64,000 bases of DNA from Lachnospiraceae bacterium (GTDB taxonomy: Bacteria; Bacillota; Clostridia; Lachnospirales; Lachnospiraceae): assembly GCA_014804785.1 (NCBI GenBank), contig JAAUZD010000016.1:49256-113255 (forward strand), in the 5' to 3' direction. Each line of letters starts with the position of its first letter. The first letter of the stretch is position 1. Of the stretch, positions 1 to 8,986 are shown piece by piece. Below the pieces are notes generated by a model. That model saw only the letters and a list, made by a program, of their open reading frames with translations. It made no database searches and was not told where the DNA came from. A program made the translations under genes and the position numbers.

Positions 1-196
1 GAAGCAAAGCTTCATCCTGTTTTTATATCTGCCACTGGAAACATAATCAGTTTTAATCTTTTTATCTCTTTTGCATATGGCAATGCATATAATGTATCCG
101 GATCAATATCAAGACATGTTGTATTATCCCAATTTCCACTAATCTCTCATTGGTATCACCTGCACTACCTTTGGAAGCATATCACACTCTACACCT

Positions 197-231
197 AAAA
201 AAACCCACAAACAAAATCTGCTTGTGGGTTT
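197..231 (-). terminator. Rho-independent terminator after rpsI
   Basis: 10-bp stem (201-210 AAACCCACAA / 222-231 TTGTGGGTTT) with an 11-nt loop. On the minus strand the 3' arm runs into a 7-U tract (plus-strand A-run 197-203). Confidence 0.7.
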
Positions 232-245
232 CCATATATTTCTGC

Positions 246-641
246 CTACCTCTTTGAAAATTGCGGTGCACGACGTGCAGCTTTGAGACCGTATTTCTTT
301 CTTTCTTTCATACGAGGATCTCTTGTTAAGAAACCTGCTTTCTTGAGAACTGGTCTGTAGTCTGCATCTACCTGAAGCAGTGCTCTTGCAATACCATGTC
401 TGATGGCACCGGCCTGGCCTGTGTAACCGCCGCCGTGAACGTTTACAAGTACATCATACTTGTCAACGGTTTCCGTTGCAACCATAGGCTGACGAACGAT
501 AACCTTCAGAGTCTCCAATCCAAAATATTCATCTATAGATCTTTTATTGATTACAATATCACCCTTGCCCGGTGTTAAATATACTCTGGCAATTGATTTT
601 TTTCTTCTACCTGTTCCGTAGAATCTTGCTGATTTAGCCAT
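246..641 (-). CDS. rpsI: 30S ribosomal protein S9 (uS9)
   Basis: 131-aa [25 protein letters not shown]...RRAPQFSKR. It follows rplM. Confidence 0.97.
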   Translation of the reverse strand: MAKSARFYGTGRRKKSIARVYLTPGKGDIVINKRSIDEYFGLETLKVIVRQPMVATETVDKYDVLVNVHGGGYTGQAGAIRHGIARALLQVDADYRPVLKKAGFLTRDPRMKERKKYGLKAARRAPQFSKR

Positions 642-666
642 TTTAATCTTCTCCTTTCAGTCCCTC

Positions 667-1095
667 TTAAAATGTTAATACTTCGGGCTTCTGAGCCGCA
701 TGCTGATGCTCAGGTCCTGCATATACATGAAGCTTCGTATACATCTGTCTCCCTAAAGGTCCCTTAGGAAGCATTCCCTTAACAGCAAGCTCAACTACCT
801 TCTCAGGCTTCTTAGCCATCATTTCACGTAAAGTGGTCTCTTTCATGCCGCCAACGTAATCTGAATGATGATAATAAATCTTCTGGTCTAATTTTCTGCC
901 TGTTACTTTTACTTTATCAGCATTTACAATGATTACATAATCGCCTGTATCCATGTGAGGTGTAAAGATTGGTTTGTTCTTACCTCTTAAAACTTTAGCT
1001 ACTTCTGAAGCCAAACGTCCAAGTGTCATATTTGCAGCGTCTACTACATACCATTTTCTTTCGATTGTAGCAGGACTAGCCATAAATGTTTTCAT
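667..1095 (-). CDS. rplM: 50S ribosomal protein L13 (uL13)
   Basis: ORF 667..1143. The conserved L13 N-terminus [20 protein letters not shown] begins at the internal Met (1095), 6 nt after a GGAGG RBS. The upstream 16 codons are judged non-coding. Confidence 0.95.
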   Translation of the reverse strand: MKTFMASPATIERKWYVVDAANMTLGRLASEVAKVLRGKNKPIFTPHMDTGDYVIIVNADKVKVTGRKLDQKIYYHHSDYVGGMKETTLREMMAKKPEKVVELAVKGMLPKGPLGRQMYTKLHVYAGPEHQHAAQKPEVLTF

Positions 1096-1360
1096 GATAA
1101 TCCTCCATTCTTGCTCAGCCCGAAAAATTGGGCTAAGGCACAATTTTGCCTTCCTTCAACTTGTATATGTGCTTAGCACATAATTTCCCTGATGACTCTC
1201 CATACATCAGGCGGATGTCCGGGCCGCCGGGATGATTTCAAATCATTTCAGGCATTCTATTTATAATGCTTACCTAGGGATGTGACAAGCTCTCAGGCGT
1301 CGATTATATCAGCCGGATGCTTGTCAGGTCAAGCATTAACAAACGTTGCCACATTGAATA
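1096..1360 (-). promoter_or_regulatory. About 265-nt hairpin-rich 5' leader of rplM-rpsI (candidate L13-type autoregulatory leader)
   Basis: Unusually long truA-rplM spacer. Minus-strand hairpins include CCTGATG..CATCAGG, ATGTGC-TAA-GCACAT and GGCGG..CCGCC. L13 leaders are known in Firmicutes, but I cannot verify the fold by eye. Confidence 0.35.
1303..1332 (-). promoter_or_regulatory. Sigma-70/SigA-type promoter (proximal) for rplM-rpsI
   Basis: Minus strand TTGACC (1327-1332), 18-nt spacer, TATAAT (1303-1308). Confidence 0.55.
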
Positions 1361-1389
1361 ATTATATTATACGCTTCCGTGTGTGTCAA
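1361..1389 (-). promoter_or_regulatory. Sigma-70/SigA-type promoter (distal) for rplM-rpsI
   Basis: Minus strand TTGACA (1384-1389), 17-nt spacer, TATAAT (1361-1366). Both hexamers match consensus perfectly. Confidence 0.6.
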
Positions 1390-1397
1390 TAAAAAAT

Positions 1398-2135
1398 TTA
1401 CAGAAATTCATATTTAACCAGCGTCAGCCCGCATGCAGGCGCCGTGGGACCTGCCGCCTTTCGCTCTTTTGCATCCAGAATCTCCTTCACCCGCTCCGGC
1501 TCCATACTCCCACGTCCCACCTCCATCAGTGTTCCCGCGATAATCCTTACCATATTATAAAGAAATCCATTGCCGCACACTTGTATGATGATTTCATTCT
1601 GCTGCCTTTCCACCGTCAACTGATAAATGGTCCTGACAGTAGACTCCACAACTACCGCCGTAGAACAGAAACTTTTAAAATCATGTTCGCCTGTAAGATA
1701 ACGTGCTGCCTGCTTCATCCGCTCTACATCAAGGGGTACATAAGTAAAATGTGCGTACAGTCTTTGGGTGGGCAGGGGAAACTGGGCATTCAGAATTCTG
1801 TATTCATATGTCTTACGACTGTCACAATGTCTGGGATGAAAGTCTGGCTCCACTTCTTCCGATCCCTGAATCTTAATATCTTCCGGCAGTCTCTGATTCA
1901 GCGCATAAGCAATCTTTTCCGCCGGAATGCATGTGTCCGTGTCAAACACTGCCACATTACAAAGTGCATGGACGCCGGAATCTGTTCTGCTTGCGCCAAT
2001 GACCTGTATTTCCTCCTTCAGCAGCGCCCCCAGTGCGCGATTCAGTTCTCCCTCTATCGTAGGCGCTCCCGGCTGAATCTGCCATCCATGATAGGCTGTG
2101 CCGTCATAAGCCACTACCAGTTTTACTCTTTTCAT
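1398..2135 (-). CDS. truA: tRNA pseudouridine(38-40) synthase TruA
   Basis: MKRVKLVVAYDGTAYHGWQIQ... with catalytic-Asp motif SRTDSGVHA. The start at the internal Met (2135) overlaps the ecfT stop by 4 nt. Canonical ecfT-truA-rplM context. Confidence 0.93.
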   Translation of the reverse strand: MKRVKLVVAYDGTAYHGWQIQPGAPTIEGELNRALGALLKEEIQVIGASRTDSGVHALCNVAVFDTDTCIPAEKIAYALNQRLPEDIKIQGSEEVEPDFHPRHCDSRKTYEYRILNAQFPLPTQRLYAHFTYVPLDVERMKQAARYLTGEHDFKSFCSTAVVVESTVRTIYQLTVERQQNEIIIQVCGNGFLYNMVRIIAGTLMEVGRGSMEPERVKEILDAKERKAAGPTAPACGLTLVKYEFL

Positions 2136-2935
2136 AACAAGATCTTTCCAAACACTACGCAAAGTGCCAGATAACATACAACTACACCATAAGCAAGCCC
2201 GTCTCTTTTCTTATAAATCAACGGTTTCATCTTCGTGCGGTGCTCCCCGCCCCTATAGCATCTTGCCTCCATCGCCATTGCCAGGTCATTGGCCCGCCTG
2301 AACGCAGATATAAATAAGGGCACCAATAAAGGAACAAGGCTTTTTGCCTTCTTGATTAGATTCCCGCTCTCAAAGTCGGCGCCTCTGGCAATCTGGGCTT
2401 TCATGATTTTGTCCGTTTCCTCCAGCAAAATAGGAATAAAACGCAGTGCAATGGACATCATCATCGAAATTTCATGTACCGGAACCTTAAGCTTTTTCAA
2501 AGGACCAAGCAGGCTTTCCATGCCGTCCGTAAGATTATTAGGGGTGGTTGTCAGAGTCATCACAGACGAACCCATAATCAAAAAAACAAGGCGGATTGCC
2601 ATAAATGATGCCAGCCTGATTCCCTCCCAGGTAATCCGTACTTTCCAAAATGCCACCGCTGTTTCTCCGGGCGTTAAGAATAAATTAAATCCCACTGCAA
2701 TAATCAGCAGGAATACAATCGATTTCATTCCCCTTACCATGAACTTAACCGGCACCTTTGACAATTTGATAATCAGCGCCAGGAAAAGTCCCGCTATGAT
2801 ATATCCAATAAAATTATCGACAATAAAAAGAGAAATAATATAACAGATAGTAGTTACAAGCTTGACCCTTGGGTCCAGTCTGTGTATGACCGAATCTGTC
2901 TGATAATATTGTCCCAGTGTAATATCCCTTAACAT
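2132..2935 (-). CDS. ecfT: Energy-coupling factor transporter transmembrane protein EcfT
   Basis: MLRDITLGQYYQTDSVIHRLDPRVKL... is a typical EcfT N-terminus. Multi-TM protein downstream of two EcfA ATPases. The start is chosen at an internal Met (the ORF extends to 2995). Confidence 0.9.
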   Translation of the reverse strand: MLRDITLGQYYQTDSVIHRLDPRVKLVTTICYIISLFIVDNFIGYIIAGLFLALIIKLSKVPVKFMVRGMKSIVFLLIIAVGFNLFLTPGETAVAFWKVRITWEGIRLASFMAIRLVFLIMGSSVMTLTTTPNNLTDGMESLLGPLKKLKVPVHEISMMMSIALRFIPILLEETDKIMKAQIARGADFESGNLIKKAKSLVPLLVPLFISAFRRANDLAMAMEARCYRGGEHRTKMKPLIYKKRDGLAYGVVVCYLALCVVFGKILL

Positions 2936-3060
2936 GTTGCCTCTCTTCTTTGCTATCTGATCGCTGCCATTTATCTTTATATCCATGCATATCACAAACC
3001 TGTTTGCGATACTGCCCGAATGTGTTTTCCATGCAGCGTTTCATCAACATTTTTCCAATG

Positions 3061-3909
3061 CTACTTCTTCAGCGCTTGCAAAATTGCTGCCTTTGCTTCC
3101 TCAATCGTGGTGATATCTGTATCCACGTCCAATCCGCTTTTCTTAAGCGCCTGCATGATGTAAGTTACCTGCGGCGCTGCCAGACCAACCTCTTCCAGTT
3201 CTTTATAGTGACGGAACACCTCTTTGGGTTCATTGTCGAACATAACCTGTCCCTTATTCATCACAATAATCCTGTCCACATATTTTGCCACATCTTCCAT
3301 GCTGTGTGAAACCAGAATAACAGTCATCCCTGTTTCTTCCCGGAGTTTGGCAATCTGGTCTAAAATTTCATCCCGCCCTTTGGGGTCAAGTCCTGCTGTA
3401 GGCTCATCTAAAATAAGCACTTCCGGCTTCATCGCAAGCACACCTGCTATTGCTACTCTCCTTTTTTGCCCGCCGGAAAGATCAAAGGGGGATTGGTAAA
3501 AAAATTCATCCTCAAGTCCCACCTGCTTTAATGCCGCATATGCTCTGAGCTCTATTTCCTTTTTATCCAATCCCAGGTTCTTCGGGCCAAAACAGACATC
3601 CGAAAACACATCGATTTCAAACAACTGATGTTCCGGGTATTGAAAAACAAGGCCCACCTTGCTGCGCAGTTCCTTCCTATTATAATCGCTGTCATGAATA
3701 TCGGCGCCATTATAGTACACATTACCGCCTGAAGGCGCAAGCAGTCCGTTCAAATGCTGCACCAATGTAGATTTGCCGGAACCGGTATGACCAATCAGTC
3801 CAATAAACTGTCCGTCCGGTATCATAAGATTGACATCCTTAAGCGCCGCATACTCCATAGCGGTTCCCGCTTCATATATATAATTTACATGATCCAAAAT
3901 AATAGACAT
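3061..3909 (-). CDS. ecfA2: ECF transporter ATPase EcfA2
   Basis: Walker A GHTGSGKST, signature LSGGQKRRVAIA, Walker B LILDEPTAGLD. Second ATPase of the ecfA1-ecfA2-ecfT block. Confidence 0.93.
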   Translation of the reverse strand: MSIILDHVNYIYEAGTAMEYAALKDVNLMIPDGQFIGLIGHTGSGKSTLVQHLNGLLAPSGGNVYYNGADIHDSDYNRKELRSKVGLVFQYPEHQLFEIDVFSDVCFGPKNLGLDKKEIELRAYAALKQVGLEDEFFYQSPFDLSGGQKRRVAIAGVLAMKPEVLILDEPTAGLDPKGRDEILDQIAKLREETGMTVILVSHSMEDVAKYVDRIIVMNKGQVMFDNEPKEVFRHYKELEEVGLAAPQVTYIMQALKKSGLDVDTDITTIEEAKAAILQALKK

Positions 3910-3979
3910 TTTTCCTCATTCCCACTTATCGTTACACGCTCTGAACCTTACCCATTTATGGCATATTCACAGCACTCTG

Positions 3980-4861
3980 TTATTGACTCCTCTGTCTGTC
4001 AAGCCCTAATGCCGTCACGAGTTCCTCACAGGTCAGAATCCCTTCCGGAATGGCAACGCCGCTTTTTCGCAGCTCATGTGCCAGCAATGTGACCTGGGGA
4101 ACATCCAGCCGCAGCGACTTTAACTTTTCCACTTTGCTGAAAATTTCCCTGGGAGTTCCCTCCATGGCAATTTTTCCCTTATCCATGACAAACACTTTGT
4201 TTGCATGAATAATTTCTTCCATATAATGGGTGATGAGAATCACCGTAATTTCTTCCACATCATTTAAAGCCCTTGCCGCACGGATAACCTCTTTTCGACC
4301 ATTGGGATCCAGCATTGCCGTAGGTTCATCCAACACAATGCATTTGGGGTGCATAGCAATGACACCTGCAATGGAGACTCTCTGCTTTTGTCCGCCGGAG
4401 AGCTTGTTGGGTGAATGCTTGCGGAACTCATACATTCCCACTGCCTTGAGGCTTTCCTTCACCCTCTCCCAGATTTCTTCCGTGGGAACACCAAGATTTT
4501 CCGGTCCAAACCCAACATCTTCCTCCACCACCTGTCCAATAATCTGATTGTCAGGATTTTGGAATACCATACCGGCCTTCTGCCTGATATCCCACAGATT
4601 TGCATCATCGGAAGTGTCCTTTCCATCCACCCACACAGTTCCTTCTGTTGGATAAAGTATCGCATTGATGTGTTTGGCAAGGGTCGACTTTCCGGAGCCG
4701 TTATGTCCCAAAATCGCAACGAAATCCCCCTGCTTTACATCAAGGGTCACCTCATCCACCGCACGGGTGATACCCTCCACATTGCCCTCTTCATCTCTTC
4801 TTATATATTCAAATACCAAATCCCTTGTTTCTATGATTCCCATGTTATTTCCTTTTTCCAT
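3980..4861 (-). CDS. ecfA1: ECF transporter ATPase EcfA1
   Basis: Walker [10 protein letters not shown], signature [12 protein letters not shown], Walker [12 protein letters not shown]. Confidence 0.93.
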   Translation of the reverse strand: MEKGNNMGIIETRDLVFEYIRRDEEGNVEGITRAVDEVTLDVKQGDFVAILGHNGSGKSTLAKHINAILYPTEGTVWVDGKDTSDDANLWDIRQKAGMVFQNPDNQIIGQVVEEDVGFGPENLGVPTEEIWERVKESLKAVGMYEFRKHSPNKLSGGQKQRVSIAGVIAMHPKCIVLDEPTAMLDPNGRKEVIRAARALNDVEEITVILITHYMEEIIHANKVFVMDKGKIAMEGTPREIFSKVEKLKSLRLDVPQVTLLAHELRKSGVAIPEGILTCEELVTALGLDRQRSQ

Positions 4862-5004
4862 TTTACGGGTTCTCCGGGAAACGCTGATTAAATCGCTTCC
4901 ATAGGTCCGCTCTATATTTTACAGGATATTGTTTTCATTTGCAATAGATTGTGTTTTATCGTATGATAAATAATGTAACAGTTAAGTATAAAAGGAGTTT
5001 CGAT

Positions 5005-5937
5005 ATGAATAAGTGGCTAAAACCAGCAATGTTTCTGGTTTTTATGATTTTAGTCTGCTCTGTTCTGGGCAGAGTACTTACAAGTGGTGAGACACTTTCC
5101 GAGTATGCCGCTCAAAATCCGGAGCTTGCATATGCAACGCAGACGCAGACCAGTATTCCATCTGCTTCTTTGACAGATGCGCCGACAGCATCCCCACAGC
5201 CTATTCCTTTACCAACCCCCACCGCTACACCTGCCCCTGAATTTTCACCTCTGGCAGAAGAATCAGCAGACAGTGTTCATTATGCGGATGGATTTTTTTA
5301 TCAACCCCTGACGGATACCGTCACAGCACGAATTACTGGGCGTTCTTATCCGGTTTCTGAAGCGATTGCTCCTGCATTGTCGCTGCAGGTGACCAATGTG
5401 GTTCCTGATGGTACTGTTCTTGCAGTGTCTTATGATGATTTGCGTTACTTAAATGTACTGTACTATGATTTCGACGGAACTGTACAGGTTGGTGAAATGA
5501 TCTGTAATAAAGGAATCGCTCAGGATCTGGTGGAAATCTTTTATGAACTCTATTTGAATGAATATCAGATTGAAAAGATAAGGCTGATTGATGAATACGG
5601 CGGTGACGACACAGCCTCCATGTTGGATAATAATACTTCCTGCTTCAATTACCGGATGGTTGACGGCACCGATAGCCTTTCAAAACATGCGCTTGGCTGT
5701 GCCATTGATATAAATCCTTTTTACAATCCTTATATTGTCTTTAACAAAGATGGAAGCGGTGAAACCTACATCTCACCAGAAGGCAGTGAGATCTATGCTG
5801 ACCGCTCCAAAAATTTCCCTTATAAAATTGACGAGTCCGACCTTTGTTATCAACTATTCAAAGAACACGGGTTTACCTGGGGTGGAAATTGGAATTCCTG
5901 CAAGGATTACCAACATTTCCAGAAAGTTGTAAATTAA
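5005..5937 (+). CDS. Membrane-anchored M15 (VanY / LAS-family) D-Ala-D-Ala peptidase-like protein
   Basis: LAS zinc-peptidase motif SxHxxGxAxD is present exactly (SKHALGCAID), with a distal His (DYQHF). N-terminal signal/anchor MNKWLKPAMFLVFMILVCSVLG and a Pro/Thr-rich linker. AAGGAG RBS before the ATG at 5005. Confidence 0.8.
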   Translation: MNKWLKPAMFLVFMILVCSVLGRVLTSGETLSEYAAQNPELAYATQTQTSIPSASLTDAPTASPQPIPLPTPTATPAPEFSPLAEESADSVHYADGFFYQPLTDTVTARITGRSYPVSEAIAPALSLQVTNVVPDGTVLAVSYDDLRYLNVLYYDFDGTVQVGEMICNKGIAQDLVEIFYELYLNEYQIEKIRLIDEYGGDDTASMLDNNTSCFNYRMVDGTDSLSKHALGCAIDINPFYNPYIVFNKDGSGETYISPEGSEIYADRSKNFPYKIDESDLCYQLFKEHGFTWGGNWNSCKDYQHFQKVVN

Positions 5938-5945
5938 CAGATTTT

Positions 5946-6614
5946 TTATTCAAGTGCTGATACTTCAGCACTTGTTTCTTTATTTTGATCTACCTCCATC
6001 TCACAGACCTTTTCGTTCACTTGCTCCGGTGCAGGCATCTCACCCGTTTTCTCCCAATCCCTGTCCCTGAATTCCTCCTCAAGAATCTGTCTGATTATCC
6101 TGTTGTGCATTTCTCTCTTCTGATAATGAATAATCATAATGCAGGCAGCTGCGCAGGCAATCGCCATTACAATCAATGCAAATAGGAATATATCACTGTT
6201 TCCATATCCGCTGCTGAGAGTAATACCGCCTGCCAGTACCAATGCCAACAACGACAATATGATTGCATAAAAGCTGGAATTGTTCTCTGTCACCCTTGCA
6301 TAAAGAAAAAGATATTGATTTCTTCCGGTAATTTTTTCATTTAATTGTGAGCGGATTTTCTCTGCCAGTTCTTCTTCTCCATCTTTCCATTCCAGAATGT
6401 TGCCTCTTTTCCCTTTTGCTCCTTCTCTTGCTGCTTCAGCAATTTTCACTCCGTTATTTTTTATTTCCGCGTATTTTTCGTGTATTTGAGGACGCAATTT
6501 TGCAAGCACAAAAGCAATCCCATTTATAAAAGTCGTAATCAATTCGATGATCGCCACAAATAAATTAATAAAAGATTTTAATAAATTTTTGACTGCCTGA
6601 TACATCGCATCCAT
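5946..6614 (-). CDS. Hypothetical membrane protein
   Basis: 222-aa ORF with about three hydrophobic helices (FINLFVAIIELITTFINGIAFVL, FYAIILSLLALVLAGGITL, IFLFALIVMAIACAAACIMII) and an acidic C-terminus. No family recognised. Confidence 0.55.
   Translation of the reverse strand: MDAMYQAVKNLLKSFINLFVAIIELITTFINGIAFVLAKLRPQIHEKYAEIKNNGVKIAEAAREGAKGKRGNILEWKDGEEELAEKIRSQLNEKITGRNQYLFLYARVTENNSSFYAIILSLLALVLAGGITLSSGYGNSDIFLFALIVMAIACAAACIMIIHYQKREMHNRIIRQILEEEFRDRDWEKTGEMPAPEQVNEKVCEMEVDQNKETSAEVSALE
5951..5987 (+). terminator. Rho-independent terminator of the M15 peptidase gene
   Basis: Perfect 10-bp stem CAAGTGCTGA (5951-5960) / TCAGCACTTG (5965-5974), loop TACT, then a T-rich tract TTTCTTTATTTT. 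It lies inside the last codons of the convergent gene 5946..6614. Confidence 0.7.
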
Positions 6615-6746
6615 ATATGTATATTCCTTTCCTCTGGTGTGAAACCTTGAAATTTTTTAGTCTGTATTTTGCAGGTTGGAAATATTCTTTACACCTACTA
6701 TAACACAAATCTTTGAAAAAAACACTATCACGAGGAAAGTAGAAAA

Positions 6747-8099
6747 TCATAAAATATCCACTTTTTTCTGAAACTCTTTTCTGGTACTGAGGATGCAGTA
6801 CACTACCGCTATGCCTTCAGAAATCCACATTGCAAACCAGGCTGATTGGATACCATTATTTGCTGTAAAAAGATAGATGGCAGGAACCAGCAGGATAAGC
6901 TGTCTCAATGCAGTTCCCACCATATTTATTACGCCATTTCCCAGCCCTGAACAGGTAAATCCCAGTATAATAGACACTGCTGCCAGCGCAAACGTAACTG
7001 AAATAATACGCAAAGCAGGAACTCCGATAGCAAGCATCTCACTGCCTGCTGCAAAAAGCGTCAATATCTGACTCGGAATCGCCATAAAAAGCACCGTTCC
7101 AAACAGTGCAAATCCCACTGCAAAGGGTAGCATGGTTTTAAGAACCGCTTTGATTCTATCTTTATCTTTCGCTCCATAATTGAATCCGACAATAGGAATC
7201 GCTGCCTGTCCTAAGCCATTAATCGGCATCATAAGAAAGTTCTGCAGCTTATAATAAACTCCGTAAAATGCTACAGCAGTTGCCGAAAATGACATCAATA
7301 TTGCATTTACTGAAAAAAGCATGATGCTGCCGATTGCCTGCATAACAATTGTTGGAAATCCAACTTTATAAATTGCCCAGACACAATCTTTTGTCATCTT
7401 GAATTTCTTCCATGACAAATGAATTTCCGTGTTTTTAAAACGATTCAGCGCCAGAGCAACCCCTGCTCCCATCCACTGACCAATCACAGTTGCAATCGCC
7501 GCACCACGAATCCCCATTTCCGGACACCCGAATAACCCGAAAATCATGATAGGATCCAAAATCAGATTCACAACGGCGCCTACTACAAGAGAAATCATAC
7601 TCAGCAGAGTAAGCCCAACAGATTGCAGCAACCTTTGCGCCAATGTTTCTACAAAAATACCAAGACAAAAAATCATACAAATACTCAGATAACTACCGCA
7701 AAGTTCCCCTGTAACAGGGTCATCCGTAAACCAAATACCGAAATCGTCAGCGAAAAAAATCCCCAAGAGCATAAAAAAAGCTGCACAAATGACGGAGATA
7801 ACCAGACCGGTAACTGCTGTCTGATTTGCTGCTTCCTTCTGTTTAGCTCCAATCTGCCTTGATATCAGAGCATTGACACCAACACCAGTACCAACTGATA
7901 CTGCAATCATCAATACCTGAATCGGATATGCCAATGAAGTTGCTGTCAAAGCATTTTCACTGATCCTTGCCACAAAAATACCATCTACAATATTGTAAAG
8001 CGACTGAACCAAAAGTGAAATCATCAAGGGCAGGGACATAGAAAACACTAGCTTCCCCATAGGCATAACTGCCATTTTATTTTGCTTTTCATTATTCAT
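6747..8099 (-). CDS. MATE family efflux transporter
   Basis: 450 aa, about 12 TM segments, MATE-type N-terminus PMGKLVFSMSLPLMISLLVQSLYNIVDGIFVARI. It starts only 36 nt downstream of the preceding operon gene. Confidence 0.88.
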   Translation of the reverse strand: MNNEKQNKMAVMPMGKLVFSMSLPLMISLLVQSLYNIVDGIFVARISENALTATSLAYPIQVLMIAVSVGTGVGVNALISRQIGAKQKEAANQTAVTGLVISVICAAFFMLLGIFFADDFGIWFTDDPVTGELCGSYLSICMIFCLGIFVETLAQRLLQSVGLTLLSMISLVVGAVVNLILDPIMIFGLFGCPEMGIRGAAIATVIGQWMGAGVALALNRFKNTEIHLSWKKFKMTKDCVWAIYKVGFPTIVMQAIGSIMLFSVNAILMSFSATAVAFYGVYYKLQNFLMMPINGLGQAAIPIVGFNYGAKDKDRIKAVLKTMLPFAVGFALFGTVLFMAIPSQILTLFAAGSEMLAIGVPALRIISVTFALAAVSIILGFTCSGLGNGVINMVGTALRQLILLVPAIYLFTANNGIQSAWFAMWISEGIAVVYCILSTRKEFQKKVDIL

Positions 8100-8135
8100 T
8101 AAAAATCAGCCTCCCTTATATCATCATGTCACACA

Positions 8136-8975
8136 TTAATCTGCATCCACTGGCTGATTATGATATTCCTCATACAAATCATTGATAAAATCAAACAAAT
8201 GATGCCATTCAACCTGTCCATGGTACAATACCTTCTGCAGGTAAGCTTCATCACATTTTGTCCGGGGTTCCCGCACCAATTCCCCATTCTCTGTTGGACG
8301 CCATCCAATCCACTCTACACTCCTTCTTTCAAACCCGCCTTCTTTACAGGGACGGATTTGTCCCAGTGTCAGGTGTGCTCCAGGTTCATCAAAAGACTCC
8401 CAATCTGAGTTTTCGTTTACATTGCATCCCGAATTCTTTATTTCTGCAATTTTATCATCTGTCAGCCCAAACTTCCGAAGACTAAAGGTATGGCGGATAG
8501 AATTCACTTTCCGATCTCCCTCTCCCATATCCAGACTTTCAGTTGTATGTATTCCGTCTGATTTGTCAGTCCAGTTTATAAAATAATGATCCCAATGATC
8601 GGCTGGATTCCAAATCTTATAGCGCAGATTGCCATGACCAAGAACAGAGCTCTTGGAATGCACATTCATCCAGTTTAAATACCAGAATATTTTTTTCACA
8701 TCTACATTGTCAGGAATTTTCATATAGGTGCACACGTACCCGCTTCCATCTGGAAACATGCAATAACCATTTTCCACTTTTTCATATTGTCCACATGGTT
8801 TTAACCACTGGACAAATTTCTGTGCAGGCACTGCATCCTCATAGTGCATGGCAGGACCAAAAATCTGCATTTTCAGTTCTTCCGGTAAATCTTTTACCGG
8901 GTAATTATAATAATATTTAGAAAGCGGCATTATTTTTTCCTCCGGAAAAAGTTCCGGTAATGTTGAATAACTCAT
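8136..8975 (-). CDS. DAPG hydrolase / phloretin hydrolase (PhlG/Phy) family protein (tentative)
   Basis: 279 aa from the ATG at 8975, which is preceded by AAAGGAG (the ORF track begins at a TTG at 8990). From memory, the motif GNLRYKIWNPADHWDHYF resembles the conserved LRYKIW(D/H)PxxH block of this C-C hydrolase family. Not verifiable here. Confidence 0.5.
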   Translation of the reverse strand: MSYSTLPELFPEEKIMPLSKYYYNYPVKDLPEELKMQIFGPAMHYEDAVPAQKFVQWLKPCGQYEKVENGYCMFPDGSGYVCTYMKIPDNVDVKKIFWYLNWMNVHSKSSVLGHGNLRYKIWNPADHWDHYFINWTDKSDGIHTTESLDMGEGDRKVNSIRHTFSLRKFGLTDDKIAEIKNSGCNVNENSDWESFDEPGAHLTLGQIRPCKEGGFERRSVEWIGWRPTENGELVREPRTKCDEAYLQKVLYHGQVEWHHLFDFINDLYEEYHNQPVDAD

Positions 8976-8986
8976 TTTTTCTCCTT

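Noticed and set aside
1-198. Plus-strand reading frame open from the window edge to a TAA at 196-198 (66 codons), ending just before the rpsI terminator hairpin.
   Set aside because: There is no start or RBS in the window. The translation (…FISATGNIISFNLFISFAYGNAYNVSG…) has no recognisable motif. It could be the 3' end of a convergent gene, but I cannot support that from 198 nt.
1383-2174. 263-aa plus-strand ORF.
   Set aside because: It is entirely antisense to truA, which has clear family motifs. Its translation is Cys/Arg/Leu-rich with no motif, so it is a shadow ORF.
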